From: Octopus sinensis
Lineage: Eukaryota
Assembly (NCBI RefSeq): GCF_006345805.1
Contig: NC_043002.1
Location: 112,282,001-112,346,000 of the forward strand
Direction of reading: 5' to 3'
Length of the DNA stretch: 64,000 nt
Of the stretch, positions 39,487 to 51,744 are shown one piece after another. A program made the translations under genes and the position numbers. Numbering within the stretch: position 1 is the first letter of the stretch; every line of letters begins with the position of its first letter. The notes below the pieces were generated by a model. It saw only the letters and a list, made by a program, of their open reading frames with translations. It did no database searches and had not been told where the DNA came from.

Positions 39487-41165
39487 CAGCAGCAGCAGCA
39501 GCAGCAGCAAAATTAATAACTTCTTTAATAGCTACTAAAGGTGAAGTACGAGGATTCAAGAACAAAGCATGACGAAAACGGATGGCTGAGGATTACAAAG
39601 AATAGAGTACGAAAAACAGACTTTGAAAAACAACTGTTTCCCAAAGGAATTCCGTCGACATAACATTCTCTTGAACAGGGTACGCAACCACTGGGCCACG
39701 CAGAAAGAATAATTCTTAAAATATTTCTCAATGACCACCGCAATCTGCAGGCTGTTTTGCATGATATATGTGTGTGTGTGTGTGAGCGTGTGTGTGTGTG
39801 AGCGTGTGTGTGTGTTCATGAATGTGTGTGATAGTGTGTATTTAAATATACATGCATTATGTATGTGTATGCATGTATATACATATACGCGTGTATATAT
39901 CTACATATAGGTGTGTTTGTGTGTGTGCGTGTGCGTATACGTGTGGGTTTTGTGTATGTATGTATATACATACATACACACACACATATGTATACACATA
40001 TACGAATATGCCTGTGTGTATGTGTGTGTGTTTTGTGCTTCAGCTGATACTCCGCGATGCTTTTCGTTCAGTCAGAGATCATGTGCATACACATGACTGT
40101 ATTTGTGTTTGTAGAACGAAAACCATAAATAATGGTTGTCACTTGAGATTAATGAAAACATTTTCCCTCCTACCACATACATACGCGCACGCACACGCAC
40201 TCCCACACACGCGCGCACTCCCACAAGCAAAAGCGTACTCGCACACATTCCTTCTTATTGCTTTCCTTTCGTCTTTGTATCTCTGCCGACAGCTTGTTAT
40301 GTTGCCCCTTGAACAACGCCTTCCCAACCCGAATCCCTTTCCATTGTGATTCTACCTTTTAGACTTTACTGCTTACTTATATGTAAGCGTGTATGTGCAT
40401 GTATGCTTTTATACATACGCACACGCACGCACGCACACAAGCGCAGGCACATAGAGACGCACTCGCACACACACACATACACGCATACACATACACATGC
40501 AAACACGCACACATACATACACACTTATATGTATATGCCAATATTGAACAGTAACAATGAAAGCCCAATACTGCATTGGCGGATAAATATTCTTTACTTG
40601 TGGGTTAACAAGGCAACCAATGGTTTCAAATGAAGATGTCTTTACAGTTGTTCATTCGTGCCACATGGAGGTGTTGGTACTAAACAATTTACCATTAAAA
40701 TGATAAATTACTGAATACTTTTTGTAGCGTATAAATTATACTTTTATTGTCAAACTTGTAAAACTATAATGAACATGTGTGTTTGTATATGTGTCAGTGT
40801 GTGTAGGTGTGTGCTTGTGTGTGCGTGCGTACGTGTGTGTGTGTGTAAAATTTGTAAAGTATCTTCATAACCTTCAGTAATGAAAATATCTTAGGCCATA
40901 TTATACTATAATTTTTCACTGTCGCATCTCATGCAAATTCCCTTAAATCCCGACTTCCCCTCTGAACGAAATGAACACTGAGGATAATCCTTTGCTAAAT
41001 AATTCTAACAAAAGATGGGCTAATCAAGACTGAATGCCAGGCTGCCTTTGCGTTAAATTAGAATTCTGTCTCCCGTTCTATAAACCTTATTGGACATTTC
41101 TAAACAACTTTGTTGTTTGTTTCTCTTCAGAATTCAAACGAAGCTACAATTATTTTTAACGTTAT

Positions 41166-41553
41166 GGAAGCACTCCGTCGGTTACGACGATGAGGGTTCC
41201 GGTTGATCCGAATCAACGGAACAGCCTGCTCGTGAAATTAACGTGTAAGTGGCTGAGCACTCCACAGACACGTACATCCTTAACGTAGTTCTCGGGGATA
41301 TTCAGCGTGACACAGAGAGTGACAAGGCCGGCCCCTTGAAATACAGGTACAACAGAAACAGGAAGTAAGAGTGAGAGAAAGTTGTGGTGAAAGAGTACAG
41401 CAGGGATCACCACCATCCCCTGCCAGAGCCTCGTGGAGCTTTTTTTAGGTGTTTTCGCTCATTAAACACTCACAACGCCCGGTCTGGGAATCGAAACCGC
41501 GATCCTATGACCGCGAGTCCGCTGCCCTAACCACTGAGCCATTGCGCCTCCAC
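41166..41553 (-). mobile_element. SINE family A, full length
   Basis: 12-bp TSD ttttaacgttat at 41154-41165 and 41554-41565. Confidence 0.95.
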
Positions 41554-41885
41554 TTTTAACGTTATATCACCTACTTCAATCGCCAAGTGGCTGCAGCAGA
41601 AACTGCCATCAGATCACACATACTATTTGAAAACGAAGGACTCAATGGAAACGCTTGTCCACGGTATATAAGTAAAAAAGAAAAGAAAGTATCCATATAC
41701 CCGGAAAAAATCTTTTGCCATATGTTCACGTGACCAGAATCAACTTGATGCTAAACAACGAGAACGGCAACATCTCAACTCACTCAGATTGTCGTACGTT
41801 ACTGGAACTTTCATAACATCTCTCAGAACTTTATTATTCATCTGTTCATATTGCAGTGAATGTAGCTCTTTAAACGCACTTTTCA

Positions 41886-41921
<36 letters not shown>

Positions 41922-41985
41922 GAGAGAGATAAATATATATATATATATATAATATATATATATATATAATATATATATAATATAT

Positions 41986-42035
<50 letters not shown>

Positions 42036-42050
42036 ATATATATATTATAT

Positions 42051-42092
<42 letters not shown>

Positions 42093-42189
42093 CGGGAAGC
42101 TTTATGAAAATAGACAAAAGACGAAGGCAGGTGGAAAACAAACGAACAATTGTATTAGTATGGCGCTCAGGAAATATAAATAAAACAAG

Positions 42190-42227
42190 TCTTTAACGTT
42201 TCGAGCCTACGCTCTTCAACAGAAAGA
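42190..42227 (-). ncRNA. Minimal type I hammerhead-like ribozyme motif
   Basis: UCUUU-CUGUUGA-A-GAGC(GUAG)GCUC-GAAAC-GUU-AAAGA: 5-bp stem I, 4-bp stem II, palindromic AACGUU helix III. Confidence 0.65.
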
Positions 42228-42395
42228 TACACAGAGAGAGAAAAACACAGAAAGAAGGAGAGAAAAAAGAAAAAAATATATATATATATATATAGTTAAT
42301 CCAAACAAGAAAGCACAAAAAAAAACACAACAACGCGAGGACGTGGAACAAATATAGTATTATTGGACGCTCAGGAAAGGAGGGAAGAAGGAGGG

Positions 42396-42429
42396 TTTAA
42401 CGTTTCGAGCGGAGCTCTTCGTCGGAAAG
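42396..42429 (-). ncRNA. Minimal hammerhead-like motif (second subfamily)
   Basis: UUU-CCGACGA-A-GAGC(UCC)GCUC-GAAAC-GUU-AAA; U4C in the core. Confidence 0.5.
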
Positions 42430-42521
42430 ATAGGAGAGGGAAAGATCCAGAGAAGGAAAGCCAGAGGGAAAAAATCGCCAACGGTACACACGAGGTCATA
42501 TATATATATATATATATATAT

Positions 42522-42556
<35 letters not shown>

Positions 42557-42750
42557 CACGCCGACATGTGTATGCTTGTGTATGTATGTACGTATGTATA
42601 TGTGTGTGTGTGTATTCTTGCATCTTAATATCTTCGTACATACTTGTATAACTATGTAAGTACAAACACAGTATATGAATGTGAATGTGTATATAGTTTC
42701 TGTTTTTACAAAAATACAGACACCTGTACGTTTACATATATATATATATG

Positions 42751-42886
<136 letters not shown>

Positions 42887-43620
42887 CATACATACGTATA
42901 TATATATTGAAATATTATTACATATATATATATACACACACACACATATATATTTGTGCGCGCGCGTATGTGTGTTTATACAGTGATCGCTTCGAAGTGT
43001 ATTTAAATACTATCTTCTGAAATTCAAAATTTCAACAGTTTGCCGAACGGGGAAGATGAAGATGGGAGCAAGAATGAGCGGGGTAGGGATGGGGTGGTGA
43101 ATGGATGGATGGATGGATGTACGAGAAGGAAAAACGAAAGAGAGAAAAAGAGAAAGTGCGTGTGTCTGAAAGAGTGGTAGGGATGAATAAACGTCAATGA
43201 ATGAGGAGTGGTTTCGTTGATTCTTCATATGGAATGATTTAACTGATAATCGCAAGAATTTCCATCTGATGTTGGTCTGTTCTCTGGGGAAGCAACTAAC
43301 GGAAAGATAGAAACCTTGCGATTTCTGCTGGACTCTAGTGATTTGATTAATGAATGAACTGCAAGTGATGTACACATTGCTGAGGAAATGACCTTAGAAG
43401 GATCGATAAAGCGTGCACAATACGAAGCGTTATACAAGCGCCAATCAATATTGTACACGACTTTAATATTACTCCGTTTTAAACAAAACTATTCTGTACA
43501 AAGTATGTTACAATGAAGGCTCGTCAGTCATAATTATACTGTGAATAGTAGTTGTCCAACAACAACAACAACAACAACAACAGCAATTGTTTGTTTTCGT
43601 ACGGGGAATAAAAAAGAATT

Positions 43621-44010
43621 CAGTGGAGGCGCAATGGCCCAGTGGTTAGGGCAGCGGACTCGCGGTCATAGGATCGCGGTTTCGATTCCCAGACCGGGCG
43701 TTGTGAGTGTTTATTGAGCGAAAACAACTAAAAAGGCTCCACGAGGCTCCGGCAGGGGATGGTGGTGATCCGTGCTGTACTCTTTCACCACAACTTTCTC
43801 TCACTCTTACTTCCTGTTTCTGTTGTACCTGTATTTCAAACGGCCGGCCTTGTCACTCTCTGTGTCACGCTGAATATCCCCCGAGAACTTCGTTAAGGGT
43901 ACACGTGTCTGTGGAGTGCTCAGCCACTTACACGTTAATTTCACGAGCAGGCTGTTCCGTTGATCGGATCAACCGGAACCCTCGTCGTCGTAACCGACGG
44001 AGTGCTTCCA
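43621..44010 (+). mobile_element. SINE family A, full length
   Basis: 12-bp TSD taaaaaagaatt at 43609-43620 and 44011-44022. Confidence 0.95.
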
Positions 44011-45515
44011 TAAAAAAGAATTTATTCTCGATCCAAAAAGAATTGCTGCCATCTTCGTCGTCGTTGTTGCAGTTGTTGACCACCTGCCCTAAGTTGGCAC
44101 GAATCGTGCAAACTCGCGATAAAAAGCGTTCTAGTTGTTTCCCTTTTCGCCGATTGTAGGTTACCCCCAGACGTTGTGTATTCGACATGCATATTCACAT
44201 TATTCTGGGAGTATTTATTTATATTGATTTCAGTAGTATATACTTGGAATTATGGAATGTTACTTGAGTGCGCTTGCTGTCCTATTTAAACAGACTGGTG
44301 ATTTATCTCATGCGTTCGACGCCATGGAAACGATGTTAAACATCGCTACTTAAAATTCGCCAGTGTCTACTAGTTGCATTTTATTTTTATAACTTTTCGC
44401 AATTGATTAACTATATGATTGATTTGATTGATATTCAATCTACTCCAATATTCTAGAATCTTTCTAAAAATTCAGTTCGTGTCATTATCTTTCTAGATTT
44501 GCTCAAGCTCGACAAAGAAGATATATAAGGTAAGAAGAACTGTTGCCGTTTAATTGAAAAATATTCAAATGTGTGTGTGTGTGAATGGTGTGTGTATCTA
44601 CATTGTGTAGGTGTATATTTTCAGCAATAAATATTACTAATTGAAGATCTAATGATTTGTTTTGTTTCTTTGATTACAATGTATTACTTTATACAGAGCA
44701 TATGCCATTGTCTTCTGTTCTGAACTATAAAACTAGAGTATTGTGTTGAAGGAACTTTGCAAAAGACCTACACCTTCCTAAGTTAATGCGGGTCTCGCCA
44801 GATTCATTGTTAGCGAAGCGGCTGACTTAGCCGTATGCTGAGATATTATAGACAAAGCGAAGGAAATGTCCAAAGAGGAAGGATACAATTCCAAACAACC
44901 ATACAGTGAATATGGTCACGCGACCTGCTAGGAATAGCAACGAAATTTCTCTTAAATCACATCTTGCCGAAATGAAATAAAGAGTAGATAATGTGGACTG
45001 CAACATATTAGGTGTAGAAAAGGGGGAAAGACAACATCGTTGAAGCTGGAATGTTTTTGATCGTAAATATGTTTATTTAGGACAATGACTACTACAACAA
45101 GTGAGCCTCATTTTCAGTAATATTAGTTCATCCTAAGGCAGCGAGCTGGTAGAATCGTTAGCAGGCCGGGGAAAAATGCTTAGAGGCATTTTGTCTCTCT
45201 ACCTTCTGAATTCAAAAGTTAATTAGTATTGTAAGAAATAGTTTTACTCCAGACAACCCCGAGCGAGCAGAACAATGATCAATGAGGTTCCAGCTTTGGT
45301 TACTTACCATTTTCTTCGGTTATTGTATATTTAGAACTGTATTATCCAACGTTTTTGTTCCTTTCGGCGTGGTAGAATGTCATTTGAAAGAAAATTGGTT
45401 GGTATTTTTGCAAGTCAAGCGACGCGTAAAAGCGTTTTCGCTGGTTGTCGTTCACGTAAGTAGCGAAGATGAAATGAAAATGCCCCAGCCACAACTGAAA
45501 ATCAAACCGTGTTCC

Positions 45516-45845
45516 CTTATTCGCCAGCTATGCGAAACTGGCTATCTTTCAGAGAATCGTTAAATGCTTAGTAGGGTCGTATATAATATTTTTCCTATCG
45601 ATAATTAGGAAAGTTATATGAAGCTTTTTCATAAACACACAAATAAAAGGAAAAGATCAATGCTCGGAAAATATCATATAGTGAACTGTTAATTAATAAA
45701 ATAAGGTAGGTTTCTTTCCATCGCCCTTTTTGAGGGGCGGGGGCTGGATTTCTGCAGGTAGAACAACTGAAAAGCAAAATCAACGGAGTTTTATGATCAT
45801 ATGATAGCTTGATCAGAGCTTAAACGCGAATTAATCTACTACCGC

Positions 45846-45903
<58 letters not shown>

Positions 45904-46423
45904 AGGAGGTGGAAGATGAGGAACTGCATTGTAAATAATTATACAGAGTGGTTAAGTTTTTTTATGCTGAATGGAGAAGAGGACACTGACGATTTCATGA
46001 GAGACCCCTCGTCTGAAAGGAAAGAGCTTTCAGGGAGCTAAGTTTCTTGTCCATGAATATAACATCGTATCTTTAATGTTAAATTGGCCTAATCATATGT
46101 ATACATACATACACACACACACACGCGCGCACACACACACACGCACGCACATACACACTCACACACACACACATATACGTATATGTACGTGAGTGTGTAT
46201 GAATGTGTGTGTGTGTATAGTAAGAACCTAGGCATATCAAAGTGAAACTCTAACATTTCATCTCAGAGGAAAGATAATAATTTTTTTTAATATTTTCCAA
46301 CAGCTTTTCAACCAGTTGAAAACATTTTCTTCTTTCTGATGAAGAATAAGTCCCGAAACATCATATAATTCTCTTCCTAGCGGTATGTGAATTTATCCGA
46401 AACCATGAACAACAACAACAACA

Positions 46424-46480
<57 letters not shown>

Positions 46481-46490
46481 GCTGCTGCTG

Positions 46491-46529
<39 letters not shown>

Positions 46530-46535
46530 GTGCTG

Positions 46536-46599
<64 letters not shown>

Positions 46600-46905
46600 A
46601 CTTTTATGATGTGGTTTGAGAATAACTATAGGATCTTCCTCAATAAAGTTCTGACATTGTTCCCTCAAAAGGGGTGATGGAAAGAAACCTACCTTATTTT
46701 ATTAATTAACAGTTCACTATATGATATTTTCTGTGCATTGATCTTTTCCTTTTATTTGTGTGTTTATGAAAAAAAGCTTCATATAACTTTCCTAATTATC
46801 GATAGGAAAAATATTATATACGACCCTACTAAGCATTTAACGATTCTCTAAAAGAATCAAAGCCCCTGTAGTTAGATGGCCAGTATCGCATAGCTGGCGA
46901 ATAAG
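45516..46905. repeat. Long inverted repeat pair (45516-45736 / 46662-46905) around a ~925-bp microsatellite-rich spacer
   Basis: Arms are reverse complements with few substitutions and one ~18-nt indel. Confidence 0.9.
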
Positions 46906-47504
46906 TTCTATTATAACTTTGTCCCATTCAAAAATACCTCAAGAGGCCGTCAATTTGCTACATACCACGAAGTGAAGGAAACAGTATATATTCTCATCTC
47001 TGAGTCAAATGCCTTTCTTTTTATGACGACATAAAAAATCTTGAGTGAAGCCGGACCAACTTTGTTCAGAGAATAGAAGATATTGAAAAATGATGTACTT
47101 TATTATTGTTGTAAAATAAATGATTAATGAAAAATAAAAGGATCACTGAACGCTGAACTTTCCAATAAACAGAAACCGCAAATTTACTGATATTTCAAGT
47201 TCAAACCTGCACCGTAATTACTAGAGCGAGACCAGGTCTACTGAAGCGAAAAGGCAGGACAGACGTTCCAGACAATAAGAAGACTATTAGCGCATTATGG
47301 GTAATTAGTCAAACTCGCATACGTATACACACTCACACGCATACAAACACATACAAACAAATACACACACATAAGTTTTATATAGTATAAATAAATTGGG
47401 AGACAGATAAATAGATAGATAGGATATAGAGAGATATGCATGCATCTATACACACATGCGACCACACGCGCTCACATACACACTCATCCATATGTGTGTG
47501 TATA

Positions 47505-47566
<62 letters not shown>

Positions 47567-47568
<2 letters not shown>

Positions 47569-47983
47569 AATCCTTAAATCCTTAAAAACATTTTAGCCCG
47601 AAGGCCGCGGCCATGCTGGGGCACCACCGGTGAATGGGCTACACTAAAATGTGAATCCACCTCTGATACGTGGCACTTGATCAACAAGGGAGTTCGACGC
47701 TGCTGCCCGCATCTGAGTCTCCTGTCGTGAGGTAGGTTCATCTGGGACTCCCGACAAGAAGAGATCCAGTTTAGTTTTAAAGAAACCCACATCCACACCA
47801 TGTAAGTCTCTCAGGCATTTAGGGAGGATGTTAAAGAGCTGTGGTCCTCTGAAACCCAAGCTGTTGCAGTATCTGGACCTGTATTTTGATGGTGATGTTG
47901 GAATCTTTGGCACCATGCAGTGGCGCCCCGTTCTGCGGTTGGGGTAACTTTGAATGCCAAATTTTGAGACAAGACCCTCCAGA
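47567..47983 (-). mobile_element. 3' end of a CR1/L2-group LINE
   Basis: LEGLVSKFGIQSYPNRRTGRHCMVPKIP...RGPQLFNILPKCLRDL...FKTKLDLFLSGVPDEP...AAASNSLVDQ*, then a short 3' UTR and (AAGGATTT)n tail. Confidence 0.85.
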
Positions 47984-48397
47984 TTATATATATATAATCA
48001 AAATAAGCAACAGGATATCAAGAAATGATGCAGTATGATCGTTTCAAGCGACTCCATTTAATTGAAAAATGCAATCAATATATCAATTTAAATGCAGGGC
48101 TTTCACTATCTGCACAAATAAATAGAATTTTAATCAGCCGGACACATTAATATAATTTTACGCAAATACATTAACAGAGCACGAAGATGGAAGAAATTAA
48201 TCCTTCAAGGCTTTGCCCCAGCGTGACCGCAGTCTAATGATAAAATATAAAAGATATCTTCATATACATACATACTAAAATGGCTACTCGTAGACACATA
48301 CTTAAACGAAATTTATTGCCTTCAACATACGAAACGGTGAATTGCGAGTAATCTCCAGACTGCATAAAAATCCAGTGTGTGCAAGCGATGTAGTTTT

Positions 48398-48712
48398 AGG
48401 CCTGGCTGTGTGGTAAGAAACATACTTCCGGTTTCAGTCCCACTCTATGGCACTTTCGACAGGTGTCTTCCACTCTAGCCTCGGGCCGACCAAAGCCATG
48501 TGAGTGTATTTGGTAGACGGAAACTGAAAGAAGCCTGTCGTATATATATATAATTGAGTAGTTGAATGAATTATCTTATTATGGATAATTCGGTTAACCG
48601 ATACCTGGGTAGCAAATTCACGTCAGAAAAACACGGCTGAAGCTACATGCCTAGGGCAGAGATCACGTGCTATCGTGTGGAAATTTGTGTGTTTTTTTAA
48701 ATACAATTTATT

Positions 48713-48799
<87 letters not shown>

Positions 48800-49005
48800 C
48801 TGTGTTTGTCCCGCACCACCATTTGACAACTGCTGGTGGTATGCTTACGCCCCCGTAACTTAGCGGTTCGGAAAAATAGACCGATAGAATAAGTATCAGG
48901 CTTAGAAAAAAGATCTAGTTTCGATTTGTTCGACTAAAATCCTTCAAGGCGGTGGCTCAGTATGGCCGCAGTCAAATAACTGAAATAAGTAAAAGATAAA
49001 AGATA
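48398..49005 (+). mobile_element. SINE family B, older copy split by an insertion in its (TA) tract
   Basis: Head and core at 48398-48550, foreign island at 48551-48713, remainder at 48714-49005. Confidence 0.82.
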
Positions 49006-49164
49006 CGTATTAAACTTAACGTATATTCACCGTTGACAAGCTAGATAGTGCAGTTTCGGTCTTCCAAATGATCATCAGCAACTCGTGTAATTTTCGTAAA
49101 TTACTCACTCATATATGTTCTGCCGAACACTGATGTTATTGTCATTATCTATCAAGATGACAAT

Positions 49165-49549
49165 GGAAGCACTCCGTCGGTTACGACGACGAGGGTTCCG
49201 GTTGATCCGAATCAACGGAACAGCCTGCTCGTGAAATTAACGTGTAAGTGGCTGAGCACTCCACAGACACGTGTACCCTTAACGTAGTTCTCGGGGATAT
49301 TCAGCGTGACACAGAGAGTGACAAGGCCGGCCCCTTGAAATACAGGTACAACAGAAACAGGAAATAAGAGTGAGAGAAAGTTGTGGTGAAAGAGTACAGC
49401 AGGGATCACCACCGTCCCCTGCAGGAACCTCGTGGAGCTTTTATGTGTTTTCGCTCAATAAACACTCACAACGCCCGGTCTGGGAATCGAAACCGCGATC
49501 CTATGACCGCGAGTCCGCTGCCCTAACCACTGGGCCATTGCGCCTCCAC
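49165..49549 (-). mobile_element. SINE family A, full length
   Basis: 12-bp TSD caagatgacaat at 49153-49164 and 49550-49561. Confidence 0.95.
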
Positions 49550-49944
49550 CAAGATGACAATATTTCTTGTAGAACTCCAGAGGAGATAAACTCACTTCAT
49601 GAAATTTAAAATTAATGCATCACAGCAGAAAACTGAATCATCTGTTTGTGAACTAGTGTCAACAAAACAAGGGCAAAAGTTATTTGCTAAGTTATGCATC
49701 ACGGTGACAAATCTTTGCTGTCTATAGTTGTTGCCTCTATAAGTTTTTGGGAGATGAACGTATTTGATTTCTCCTGCTGAACTCCCGGGTATCTTTACCC
49801 ATTAACAGTGCATACACATTATGTTTGATGGCTATTTTTAGTTGATATTACTTTAAAAGCAACTAAGTAGTTTCATGCCATGTTTCAGCTAGCATTTTCC
49901 TTGACGCTGCAAGTATTTTAAAAGAAGTTGTTAAATCTACTAGA

Positions 49945-50104
49945 AGGAGTGGCTGCGTGATAAGTAGCTTGTCTACCAAACACATGGTTCCGGGTTCAGT
50001 CCCACTGCATGGCACCTTGGGCAAGTGTCTTCTACTATAGCCTCGGGCCGACCAAAGCCTTGTGAGTGGATTTGGTAGACGGAAACTGAAAGAAGCCCGT
50101 CGCA

Positions 50105-50195
<91 letters not shown>

Positions 50196-50406
50196 TTGTG
50201 TGTCTGTGTTTGTCCCCTAGCATTGCTTGACAACCGATGCTGGTGTGTTTATGTCTCCGTTACTTAGCGGTTCGGCAAAAGAGACCGATAGAATAAGTAC
50301 TGGGCTTACAAAAGAATAAGTCCCGGGGTCGAGTTGCTCGATTAAAGGTGGTGCTCCAGCATGGCCGCAGTCAAATGACTGAAACAAGTAAAAGAGTAAA
50401 GAGTAA
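49945..50406 (+). mobile_element. SINE family B, full length with expanded internal (TA)n
   Basis: Matches the other B copies. Confidence 0.93.
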
Positions 50407-50990
50407 ATGCCAGGCTTGAAGGTCATTGGGAAAATCTGTGGCATTCACGTTTTATTCTCAAGAAATTTTTAGCTATTTCTTCCCGCAGCGTATAAACTCT
50501 TTGTAACTGAACTGGATAACGCCCCCAAAAGAAGTGCAAGTCTCCATTCTCATTCTCTGATTCAAATAAATGCTATCGAAACTGGCGATACAAGATCATA
50601 TTTACTACTTCCACCACTTCGTTCATCACATCTTACCAGGAATTTCGTATGATTTTTCATAGTAGCTATGGATGTAGGTCTTATTTAGAGCAATCTTCCA
50701 TTGTAAATTAGGTATATAGATTTACCGAAGTGTTAAATAAAGAAAAACTTTTCTGTCTACCTGTCTTCGAAAGCTCTCCACTTAGCGTCAATTTTCCTGT
50801 GCTTTGTTGACATGGGGATTTACTGCAAAGAAAAATTAGATTAAGAAATCCTTATAACAATAATTTCATTTTTTCTCTCCAAATTTTATTAATACATTTG
50901 TCTAACTTTAACAAGCTTAAAATCTTTACAATATTAGTAGAAACATAACCACCTGATATAGCAATTATATATGAAAAATTATAATGTCAA

Positions 50991-51174
50991 AATGGTTGTA
51001 TACTGTCAATCTAACAAGAACGTGACAGTAGGGGGTACACCACCGTTGTATATAAGGACACAGGGAAAAAATGTGTCGAAGCTGTCAGGAGGCGTTCGAT
51101 GCCTCCTAGGGCTATACAACGGTGGTGTACCCCCTACTGTCACGTTCTTGTTAGATTGACAGTATACAACCATT
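50991..51174. repeat. Perfect 62-bp inverted repeat with a structured 60-bp spacer
   Basis: 50991-51052 is the exact reverse complement of 51113-51174. Confidence 0.97.
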
Positions 51175-51744
51175 CTGTCGCCCCACCACCGTACATGTCT
51201 CTACGAGAGATTTAGAAATTCAATATTTCTTATAATGTCAAAGTTTTCATTATTCTCAGTTGTGGTGTTTATAACTGCAAGCAGTCAAAGATTATCCTAA
51301 AATATATCGCTAATCTTACTACAAATGGAAAGCTGTTTATTTTATTGGTAAATGATAGTGTAGTTACAAATAGTTCAAGACATAATTCATTGTAAAATAT
51401 TCCCGAATGTTATATATTAACAAGCAGTAAACTATGGGCATTCGGAAGCATTATAAATTTAGTTGTATGATCTGGTACAATACAGGCTACTAAAATATTG
51501 ATAGCACTATGTAATATTCCATATTTATAAAGCGTAAAAGAAAAATAGTAATTGTTAGTATATATAGGTTATAGCATAATGCTGTTGTTATTCAAATTAC
51601 GGATGAACAAAATATTGCACACAGACCAACCACCGTTTTTCTAGACACCGCATGATGGATTCTACAGTTCGTTTGAGGGAGTGTTGGGTGGTTCTGGCCC
51701 GAGAGTAGTACTTGCCAATCACTGATGTGAAGACAACTACAGTT

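Larger units (their letters stand above)
42091..42498 (-). mobile_element. Two (TA)n-embedded Penelope-type terminal-repeat islands (42091-42276, 42294-42498)
   Basis: Each carries a minimal hammerhead-like motif and a shared CGCTCAGGAA. The first is homologous to 63652-63800. Confidence 0.7.

Noticed and set aside
43246-43323. Imperfect hairpin with a UGA/GA tandem resembling a SECIS or K-turn
   Set aside because: Helix II is too short, there is no apical AA, and no nearby UGA-containing ORF.
45295-45470. CpG-rich patch with GTAAGT donor-like sites on both strands (possible first exon or promoter)
   Set aside because: No ORF or acceptor support; it cannot be called from sequence alone.
51053-51112. 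Hammerhead in the spacer of the 62-bp palindrome (stem-GAAG-CT-GTC)
   Set aside because: There is no CUGANGA-like core on either strand.
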